64,000 nt of DNA from the IMG/VR virus record IMGVR_UViG_3300042350_002797, positions 1-64,000 of that record. The stretch is one strand, 5' to 3'. Under the pieces are notes generated by a model. That model was not told the DNA's origin. It searched no databases and saw only the letters and a list, made by a program, of their open reading frames with translations. This document shows, one piece after another, positions 1 to 6,531 of this stretch. The position numbers and the translations under genes are program-made. The number at the start of each line of letters is the position of its first letter. Position 1 is the first letter of the stretch.

Positions 1-123
1 TACAGAACCCTACCGTTGAAATTGTACGGACCTTCTAGCCCAGGGTGTGGACAATATGCGTGACAACTATGGTCCACGCCCTGGGCTAGAAGGTCCGTAC
101 AATTTCAACGGTAGGGTTCTGTA
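1..123. repeat. 52-bp inverted repeat (1-52 / 72-123, one T:G mismatch, 19-nt loop) at the window edge
   Basis: Reverse complement of 1-52 equals 72-123 except position 46/78. Confidence 0.95.
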
Positions 124-220
124 CTACGATCCAAAGGAAGGCCAGTACTATGACCCACGCACAGACTTCTACGTCAGCCACTCAGAGTACTTCGAGATGG
201 TAGGCTTTATTGTAAAATAA
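56..220 (+). CDS. Small hypothetical phage protein (54 aa, true 5' end possibly lost in the fold-back)
   Basis: Hand translation MRDNYGPRPGLEGPYNFNGRVLYYDPKEGQYYDPRTDFYVSH..., stop TAA 218-220; below ORF-track cutoff. Confidence 0.65.
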   Translation: MRDNYGPRPGLEGPYNFNGRVLYYDPKEGQYYDPRTDFYVSHSEYFEMVGFIVK

Positions 221-229
221 GGAGTAAAT

Positions 230-403
230 ATGAACTACGCACCGCGACCTTACTATCGTGTAAGCATGAACCGCAAGCGTCAGATCATTGATGCCTGCGT
301 GGACGAGTTGCACAATCAGCAACTGGATATGATTGACGCTGCTGTAGAGTACAGTGATATGCGACAAGCTCGCGAAATTATTGATTATATAAGACAACTA
401 TGA
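230..403 (+). CDS. Small hypothetical protein (57 aa)
   Basis: AAGGAG SD at about 219-224, ATG 230, open to TGA 401-403. Confidence 0.7.
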   Translation: MNYAPRPYYRVSMNRKRQIIDACVDELHNQQLDMIDAAVEYSDMRQAREIIDYIRQL

Positions 404-470
404 CACCTAACACACCTAGATTCCCCGGCGACCCAGCAGACTACGACTTGCCTCCACACACGGACTAGTT

Positions 471-578
471 ATGAATATAACAACCACAGATGCCATAGCC
501 CTGGCCCTACTAATTGTTATAGGAATGTTAACTTTAGTCTACTTGGGCTGGCAGATAGCAGCTCTCTTTTTTGGTTGA
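471..578 (+). CDS. Small membrane peptide (35 aa)
   Basis: MNITTTDAIALALLIVIGMLTLVYLGWQIAALFFG: a single hydrophobic helix; no clear SD. Confidence 0.5.
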   Translation: MNITTTDAIALALLIVIGMLTLVYLGWQIAALFFG

Positions 579-603
579 CAAGTCCACGCTCTGGTGCTAT
601 ACT
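575..603 (+). promoter_or_regulatory. sigma70-type early promoter
   Basis: TTGACA (575-580), 17 bp, TATACT (598-603), extended -10 TG. Confidence 0.9.
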
Positions 604-635
604 ATAGACATAGTAAACAGTAAGGAGCGAAACAA

Positions 636-923
636 ATGCAAAAACATACTTGTCCGGAATGTAACGGATCAACACGTAAACCCTATAACCTAGACCCTAG
701 CTGGAAACGGGTCATTGCTGGCTACGATGCTGCAACAGATACACTACCCTGCCATAACTGCGGTTCACAGTATATGTTCGGCCGTGCTACAGGCTTAGTG
801 GGTCTGAACAGACTGGGCGTACCCTGTACACACATCTACAAAGGTCAGAACGCAGGACGCTGCTTGACAGAGTACACCTGCATCCACTGCGATGATAGAT
901 ATCAAATTGATTCTGGGGATTAA
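636..923 (+). CDS. Zn-finger-like hypothetical protein
   Basis: CPEC, CHNC, CIHC pairs; AAGGAGCG RBS upstream. Confidence 0.8.
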   Translation: MQKHTCPECNGSTRKPYNLDPSWKRVIAGYDAATDTLPCHNCGSQYMFGRATGLVGLNRLGVPCTHIYKGQNAGRCLTEYTCIHCDDRYQIDSGD

Positions 924-930
924 AAAGCGG

Positions 931-959
931 TTGACAATTGGATTGTTTGGTGTTATTAT
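931..959 (+). promoter_or_regulatory. sigma70-type early promoter
   Basis: TTGACA (931-936), 17 bp, TATTAT (954-959), extended -10 TG. Confidence 0.9.
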
Positions 960-989
960 ATACACATACTGAAACATAAGGAGCGTGAA

Positions 990-1178
990 ATGACTGATAC
1001 TAAATTCTACAAAATGATGGGCGTACTGCAACTGCTCATCGCTTTTATTAACTTCTACGTGGCCTTCGGGGCATTGAATACCCTGGCTGTGCTGAACATT
1101 GCTGTGGCTGTTATCTGTACTATGGCTGGCGTGTTCTGCACAGTGTTGGCAGCTAAACTTTTTGGAGCACTAGACTAA
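990..1178 (+). CDS. Small two-helix membrane protein
   Basis: 62 aa, two hydrophobic segments; AAGGAGCG RBS. Confidence 0.75.
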   Translation: MTDTKFYKMMGVLQLLIAFINFYVAFGALNTLAVLNIAVAVICTMAGVFCTVLAAKLFGALD

Positions 1179-1303
1179 TGGGCAAGTTCATACTGGGAGT
1201 AGTAGTAACCTTGGCAGTACTGTACCCAGCTGTGACCAAATACTATTTTGGCAATGCTGTGGACACTACTAATGCTGTGGTTAAAGGCGTAATGGAGAAG
1301 TAA
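1178..1303 (+). CDS. Small membrane/secreted peptide (41 aa)
   Basis: TAATG overlap with the previous stop; MGKFILGVVVTLAVLYPAV... hydrophobic N-terminus. Confidence 0.65.
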   Translation: MGKFILGVVVTLAVLYPAVTKYYFGNAVDTTNAVVKGVMEK

Positions 1304-1304
1304 C

Positions 1305-1685
1305 ATGGACAAAGATACTATGAAGGCCCTACGCGAAGTCGATGTCAACGAACTGTTCGAAGAGTTCGACGCTCAGGGCTATGCTATTGACTGTATCAAC
1401 GGCAACCTAATTCTAGATTACCCCTATGGCAATCAGGACTATTGCACTGGGATCCTAGAGGGAGCAGGCTTTTACAATATCTCTAACGATGAACTAGAAG
1501 CCTGTGAAGCGGGTATACGTGCTAGTTTACAAAGTGTTAACTATCAGCTAGAGCGAATGGATCTAGGCCTAGAAGTAGTCCAGTTAGACCTTACAGACAC
1601 TACCAGCTGGATGATCGTACCCGCAGGTGCTAGCCCAAAAAAGATTGTAAAATCAATCATAAAACGGTTGACAGAAACAGCATAA
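1305..1685 (+). CDS. Acidic hypothetical protein
   Basis: 126-aa ORF with GGAG SD. Confidence 0.75.
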   Translation: MDKDTMKALREVDVNELFEEFDAQGYAIDCINGNLILDYPYGNQDYCTGILEGAGFYNISNDELEACEAGIRASLQSVNYQLERMDLGLEVVQLDLTDTTSWMIVPAGASPKKIVKSIIKRLTETA

Positions 1686-1696
1686 GACTGTATTAT
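1668..1696 (+). promoter_or_regulatory. sigma70-type early promoter
   Basis: TTGACA (1668-1673), 17 bp, TATTAT (1691-1696). Confidence 0.9.
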
Positions 1697-1726
1697 ATAC
1701 ACATACTGTTAAACAAAGGAGCGAAG

Positions 1727-1861
1727 ATGTACACTAAATTTATTATCCGTTTGATTGATGCGATCCCAACACCTACTCCTGAGCAGGGTGATCGTTGGGT
1801 CACATACACTTGTATCTTTGGGTTTGGTTTTATTCTTGGTATGTTGGTAACTGGAGGCTAA
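1727..1861 (+). CDS. Small membrane peptide (44 aa)
   Basis: AAGGAGCGAA RBS then ATG 1727; C-terminal hydrophobic helix; stop TAA 1859-1861. Confidence 0.7.
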   Translation: MYTKFIIRLIDAIPTPTPEQGDRWVTYTCIFGFGFILGMLVTGG

Positions 1862-1863
1862 TC

Positions 1864-2058
1864 ATGCGTACATATGAAAATGTTGTTGAAATCGTAGCAA
1901 ACACACTGAGCCGTGCAGCACTAGGCGGCCCATTTGGATTCTATCTGTCAGATGCACAAATTGCCTACATCTACGGCAAGGACCGTGAAGTAGTAGAGAT
2001 GGACATTCAAATGGCCAAAGATATTGCTAATAAGAGATTGACAGACAGCTTTATCTAA
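1864..2058 (+). CDS. Hypothetical protein (64 aa; start re-called from 1795 to ATG 1864)
   Basis: GGAGG SD before ATG 1864; the longer call overlaps the 1727 ORF. Confidence 0.7.
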   Translation: MRTYENVVEIVANTLSRAALGGPFGFYLSDAQIAYIYGKDREVVEMDIQMAKDIANKRLTDSFI

Positions 2059-2066
2059 GTTATAAT
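2038..2066 (+). promoter_or_regulatory. sigma70-type early promoter (perfect consensus)
   Basis: TTGACA (2038-2043), 17 bp, TATAAT (2061-2066). Confidence 0.92.
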
Positions 2067-2071
2067 ATACA

Positions 2072-2095
2072 CTACACACTAGCAATAGTGTGTAG
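2072..2095 (+). promoter_or_regulatory. 5' leader hairpin, 10-bp stem with GCAA (GNRA) tetraloop
   Basis: CTACACACTA-GCAA-TAGTGTGTAG. Confidence 0.75.
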
Positions 2096-2130
2096 CAATA
2101 TTACACACTTATCAACAGAGCGGAGCTGAA

Positions 2131-2961
2131 ATGAAACATACAATGAACTTTGAAATCCCTAAGCTGAACAAGTCTGTACAAGAAACAGACGAGCAGATCA
2201 AAGAGCGACTGCGTGAGCGTTTTGAGATACTGAACGACATGACCCGTGCTGTAAAGAAGGGTGATGTACGTGCTATGATTGTAACGGGTCCGCCAGGCGT
2301 GGGCAAGAGCTTTGGTGTAGAAGAAGTACTAAGCAAACACGACCTAATGGCCACAGTGGCTAACAACAGCAAGCTTAAGAAGTATGAAGTAGTCAAAGGC
2401 GCTATGAGTGCGCTGGGTCTGTACTCAAAGTTATACGAGTACAAGGACGCTAAGAGTATCCTAGTGTTTGATGACTGCGATAGTGTATTGCAAGATGAAC
2501 TAAGCCTTAACATTCTAAAGGCTGCACTAGACAGTTCTAAGAAGCGTACCATACACTGGAACACTGACAGCAGACTGTTACGTGACCAGGGCGCACCTAA
2601 TAGCTTTGAGTTCAAGGGCGGTGCTATCTTTATCACTAACATTAAGTTTGAGAATGTACGTAGTAAGAAGCTACAGGATCACCTAGCAGCATTAGAGTCA
2701 CGCTGCCACTACTTGGATCTGACTATTGATACAGAGCGCGAGAAGATGCTGCGTATTGAACAGATCATAGAAGACGGCATGCTGTTAGAGTATGAGTTTA
2801 GTCAAGAAGAACAAGCTGAGCTAATCAGCTTTATAGACAACAACAAGAAGAAACTACGCGAACTGTCACTGCGTACAGTACTTAAGATAGCGGACTTGCG
2901 TAAGAGCTTTCCCTATAAGTGGCAAAGTGTAGCAGAGGTTACTTGTATGCGTCGCGGTTGA
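2131..2961 (+). CDS. AAA+/P-loop ATPase
   Basis: Walker A GPPGVGKS, Walker B LVFDD, ALESR arginine-finger-like motif. Confidence 0.85.
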   Translation: MKHTMNFEIPKLNKSVQETDEQIKERLRERFEILNDMTRAVKKGDVRAMIVTGPPGVGKSFGVEEVLSKHDLMATVANNSKLKKYEVVKGAMSALGLYSKLYEYKDAKSILVFDDCDSVLQDELSLNILKAALDSSKKRTIHWNTDSRLLRDQGAPNSFEFKGGAIFITNIKFENVRSKKLQDHLAALESRCHYLDLTIDTEREKMLRIEQIIEDGMLLEYEFSQEEQAELISFIDNNKKKLRELSLRTVLKIADLRKSFPYKWQSVAEVTCMRRG

Positions 2962-3051
2962 TTCGCTCCCAACCAGCATACTAGGTAAGGGCCAAGGTGG
3001 CCCACTTGATCCCCAGTGTCCGATTCGCTCCCGGCTCTGGGGATTTTTTTT
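2956..3051 (+). ncRNA. Candidate structured 3'-UTR/small RNA with two identical AUUCGCUCC loops
   Basis: GGTTG-ATTCGCTCC-CAACC (2956-2974); GGGCC-AAGGT-GGCCC; CCG-ATTCGCTCC-CGG inside the terminator stem ATCCCCAG/CTGGGGAT. Confidence 0.6.
3009..3051 (+). terminator. Rho-independent terminator closing the early region
   Basis: 8-bp GC-rich stem (3009-3016 / 3037-3044) followed by a T run to 3051. Confidence 0.85.
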
Positions 3052-3168
3052 CATCGAGAGATTGAGAAAAAGATTTCGAAAAGATCGGGGGTCGGGGCTT
3101 TATTATTTTGATTTTTTGTTGTTTTTTTGCAACACGTACCGATGCAAAATCACCACCTTGAAAGGAAA

Positions 3169-3250
3169 TAGTAGCTATTTAAAAATTTTCGCAGCTGCCA
3201 AAAACTAACCCCTAGGTACCCGTTTAGTAGCTGTAAAAAATTTTCGCAGC
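3169..3250. repeat. Direct repeat TAGTAGCT-N3/4-AAAAATTTTCGCAGC, two copies
   Basis: Copies at 3169-3195 and 3225-3250; degenerate third copy AAAAATCTTTTGCGGCTGC at 4417-4435. Confidence 0.8.
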
Positions 3251-3278
3251 ACTATTTTTTTATTGTGCAGATACTCTT

Positions 3279-3926
3279 TTACAAGTATCCTGGTCGAACC
3301 ATTGATCGGAAAAATTCACGTTTATGACTAGATTCTTCGCCCCATTCTTTACTAGTTAAATCCTGTATACTAATCTGATTCTCTATGTCCGGAAAGTAGT
3401 TATAAGGTAAAGGGTCTAACGAAAGAGTTAATGTTATTCTTGGTGTAGGGTTATCTTCTGCAAATTCCACACTATGTATTTCCATTGGCCTAATCAAAGT
3501 AGCATCTGTAATTTCACATCGAGTTTGTTCAACTAAATCGTCACGATTATAAGGGTAATATTTCAAGCCATTAGGCAGCATAATTCCACCTTGGTCAACA
3601 TATTCTGGTTTAGGTTCCCAAAATGTAGTCCATGTATTTGCAGTGTTCAATATAGGTATATTAACTCTTATGGGTATCACTGTGCTATCTTTGTGTGGAC
3701 TACCATGTGTGTTATTTTTCATAAAATAAGCACTGACCATAATCACCTTCATATCTAGATGATCAAATGCAGTCAATATTTCTGGAACTGCATCTGTGAA
3801 TTCTTGCCATTTGAAAATGTGAAATGTACTATTATATCTATCTTTAGTTTTACTTATAAATTCTCTAGTTTTAGTCTGTATAGCTTCTAAGTGTTGTACA
3901 GTAATTTTATGCCAATATTTTTTCAT
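3279..3926 (-). CDS. Putative Fe(II)/2OG oxygenase-like or cupin protein
   Basis: HKD (HxD) motif plus distal His in MEIHSVE; TAAATA late-promoter motif and purine-rich leader upstream. Confidence 0.5.
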   Translation of the reverse strand: MKKYWHKITVQHLEAIQTKTREFISKTKDRYNSTFHIFKWQEFTDAVPEILTAFDHLDMKVIMVSAYFMKNNTHGSPHKDSTVIPIRVNIPILNTANTWTTFWEPKPEYVDQGGIMLPNGLKYYPYNRDDLVEQTRCEITDATLIRPMEIHSVEFAEDNPTPRITLTLSLDPLPYNYFPDIENQISIQDLTSKEWGEESSHKREFFRSMVRPGYL

Positions 3927-3962
3927 ATTTCTACTTCTTTCTTTGATTTAATATACGCATAT

Positions 3963-4163
3963 TTATTCCTTAATTCTACACACTGCTTGTATTTGCAATT
4001 CTCTATGATGTATAATGACCTTACGTACTTCTTCGCAAGCAGCATGAGTAGTATACTCATGTTCCCAAGCACGCCATTCACCATCGGCTATGACCAATAC
4101 CCACAGTATCCATACTGTCATTAGTAGAACTCTGCACCTGGACGATATCCACGCTGCTCCCAT
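3963..4163 (-). CDS. Small hypothetical protein (true start probably downstream of 4163)
   Basis: Short ORF with hydrophobic segment and C...C pair, in the - strand gene run. Confidence 0.4.
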   Translation of the reverse strand: MGAAWISSRCRVLLMTVWILWVLVIADGEWRAWEHEYTTHAACEEVRKVIIHHRELQIQAVCRIKE

Positions 4164-4381
4164 TCGCCCAATTTACGGTCATTCCAATATATAAGAAAAT
4201 CGTCTCTACTTTCAAAATATTTTTGGAATTCTTCTGTGATACTTAGACAACTCCACATGTCTTGTCCGCCCAATTCGCCTTTCATGAATTCAGTATCGCA
4301 GTGCCAATACAGTACTTCCAGTTCTTCTCTAGGCAGTTCAGCAGCGTTCAGTGCCACTGTAAGTATAAGTGTTTTGAGCAT
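4121..4381 (-). CDS. Small putative exported protein
   Basis: AAGGAG SD, signal-peptide-like N-terminus, two Cys; TAAATA motif upstream. Confidence 0.6.
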   Translation of the reverse strand: MLKTLILTVALNAAELPREELEVLYWHCDTEFMKGELGGQDMWSCLSITEEFQKYFESRDDFLIYWNDRKLGEWEQRGYRPGAEFY

Positions 4382-4482
4382 GGTTGTGCTCCTTAAATTG
4401 TTATTTATGGGTTGTTAAAAATCTTTTGCGGCTGCGCTGACGCTTCGCGTTAGAGTATCTAGCGCGGTTGCCCTGCAGGTAT

Positions 4483-5337
4483 TCACGCTGGACTGTCTTG
4501 ATCTTTCTGGTCTAGTTTGCGCTTTAACAATGTGCCTAGACCAGTTTTTTTCTTTGGAGTATCCGCAGGTGGTGCAGGCGGCATCATTTTATTAGTACGT
4601 GGTCCAGATTTAATCTCATCATAATCAGGAATACTAGCACCGCCATCACTAATTGGATCCATCAAGACCAGTTGTGGTCCTACACTACTGCCACGCACAC
4701 GTATATTGTTCACGTGCAGATCCACATTCCAGTCTGGGTTTTCCTGTATAATTTTATCAATCAACAACAGTGCTTCTTTAAGTTGATCATCACGTATGTT
4801 TGTGTAGTTACTGCGTTCTACAGCACGATTAATTTGATTGGATATTTCTCTCCATACTGCATATGATTTGTTAGTAGTTCCTTCTAGATAACGCATATTG
4901 AATTCGTCGTTGAACAAACGTTCGTACATGCCAATAAGTGTTCTAGCTGGAAAGCTATCGCCCTGCTGTAGTTTTTCTATACGATAACGTGGACGTTGAT
5001 TACCCTTAGGATCTTGTGTAATGTCTATGTTATAGACCTGTGGAAAGAATGGATTGTGATAGCCCTGCTGTTTTAAGTCACGTATTTCCATAACGTACTT
5101 ATAGTAAGCATCTTTATCCAGTTTAGCAGTAAGATGTGGTTTCTTAATAAATTCGTGTGGATCGCGGGGATTAGTTTGTCCGCCACTGTACCAGCCTGGT
5201 TGTACGCCTTTGTTAAGTTCGCTGTCATTGTCGCGTTCTTGTTTGTCTTTAAGGGCATCAAAGTCAAAGCTAGGTTTACGATATCTTATCTTTTGATCAG
5301 TAGTATCGTATTCTTGTAGTATTTCTATAATTCGCAT
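4483..5337 (-). CDS. Protein-kinase-like (PKL) fold protein
   Basis: GWYSG glycine-loop-like, FIKK lysine, DLHVNN catalytic loop, LMDP metal-binding motif. Confidence 0.6.
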   Translation of the reverse strand: MRIIEILQEYDTTDQKIRYRKPSFDFDALKDKQERDNDSELNKGVQPGWYSGGQTNPRDPHEFIKKPHLTAKLDKDAYYKYVMEIRDLKQQGYHNPFFPQVYNIDITQDPKGNQRPRYRIEKLQQGDSFPARTLIGMYERLFNDEFNMRYLEGTTNKSYAVWREISNQINRAVERSNYTNIRDDQLKEALLLIDKIIQENPDWNVDLHVNNIRVRGSSVGPQLVLMDPISDGGASIPDYDEIKSGPRTNKMMPPAPPADTPKKKTGLGTLLKRKLDQKDQDSPA

Positions 5338-5437
5338 GTGTATATTTAATCGTGATTACCGTAATCTGTATTTTTTAACATAACGACTATAACTGCTATC
5401 ACTATAAGTAGGAGAAATAAATTTATTAGATCAAACA

Positions 5438-5677
5438 TTATTTTAGTCCTTTTTTTCTGTTAGATTCTGCTATACCTGACTGTATCATTTTTTTAAACAT
5501 TAATACTACACGACTTTTTTCTTTTTCGCTGAGTATTTTTACTAGTGTAAGTTTATCGTCATAGCTTTTGGCATTGTCCAGGAATTCAGCCGGTACTGCC
5601 AATTTAGGCTTTTTCTTAGCCATTTCTTTCTTCATATTAGCTAGGGCCTTGTCAGGGTCGTCGTTATCAGTAGTCAT
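5438..5677 (-). CDS. Hypothetical basic protein
   Basis: 79-aa ORF, AAAGGA SD, TAAATA upstream. Confidence 0.65.
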   Translation of the reverse strand: MTTDNDDPDKALANMKKEMAKKKPKLAVPAEFLDNAKSYDDKLTLVKILSEKEKSRVVLMFKKMIQSGIAESNRKKGLK

Positions 5678-5703
5678 AGTGATCCTTTCTAAGTCTATTT
5701 TAT

Positions 5704-6483
5704 TTACTTAGGTTCGCAGTCCACCCAACGTAAATTATTATAGTGTTCATAGGGCCACGTACCCTTAGGTACTAAACAAGTGCCTAATTCAGGTTGGTGT
5801 TCCATGCGTATTTGTACCACAGCCCATATTAACCAAATAAGATATAATATAGCCACAGTACTGCTAGACCAGCACAGTATTTTATATTGTATGCGTTTTT
5901 TGCGACGTGCCCGAATCTTCTTTTGTTCTGCTGTTCGTCGCATCTCTGCAGCAATGACAATACTTTGTTCTTTGCCCACTTTCTTCATCATCTCTTCGAC
6001 ATCAAGATACAATGGACCTAATTCTGGTGGACTTTGATAGACCATAATTTCACGCAATTCTGCGCTCATGTGTTCTAGTTGTTTTTTAAGTAATACTCGC
6101 ATTAATGCACGTTTACCTAAACTGTCTTCGCCGTGATATACTTCAGTTCTGCTGCGACGTTCTTCTTCTTCAAATACTGCTAGACATTTATAATAGTTGT
6201 CAAAATATGTTCCAAGATGTTGGCCAATTTCTGTATAGATGTTAGTAGTTTCGCCACCCTTTTTGTTCAGTTCTATTATGCGATTTTTTTCTGTGATAAA
6301 CTGATTACGTTCAGCCACAGTAGGTTGACGATCCTTGAATTTATTGGCGAATTGGTCGTCAAGGTCTTTAAGGATATCTTTGACATCCCCAGCAGCACCT
6401 TTAATTTCTTTATATAGTTCGCACCCTTTTTTGACCGCCTGGACTGCTCCGTTGGCCAGGGCAAAAAGGGTTAGCGGATCCAA
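5704..6483 (-). CDS. Coiled-coil protein with C-terminal transmembrane helix (TTG start)
   Basis: 259 aa; basic stretch RARRKKR then hydrophobic helix; GGAG upstream of TTG. Confidence 0.75.
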   Translation of the reverse strand: MDPLTLFALANGAVQAVKKGCELYKEIKGAAGDVKDILKDLDDQFANKFKDRQPTVAERNQFITEKNRIIELNKKGGETTNIYTEIGQHLGTYFDNYYKCLAVFEEEERRSRTEVYHGEDSLGKRALMRVLLKKQLEHMSAELREIMVYQSPPELGPLYLDVEEMMKKVGKEQSIVIAAEMRRTAEQKKIRARRKKRIQYKILCWSSSTVAILYLIWLIWAVVQIRMEHQPELGTCLVPKGTWPYEHYNNLRWVDCEPK

Positions 6484-6531
6484 GATCTAGATCTCCGCAT
6501 GGTTCGCTCCAAATTGTTCGCTCAGTAGTAT

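Noticed and set aside
1660-2058. Similar C-termini KRLTETA (1305-1685) and KRLTDSFI (1864-2058)
   Set aside because: Both are by-products of the overlapping TTGACA -35 box (xGx TTG ACA GAx), not a protein motif.
575-2130. Regularly recurring repeats as a CRISPR-like array
   Set aside because: The repeats are promoter/RBS elements separated by hundreds of bases of coding sequence; no constant repeat-spacer period and no cas genes.
2956-3051. tRNA or tRNA-like gene in the three-hairpin element
   Set aside because: No acceptor stem, T-loop GTTC or CCA end; hairpin sizes do not fit a cloverleaf.
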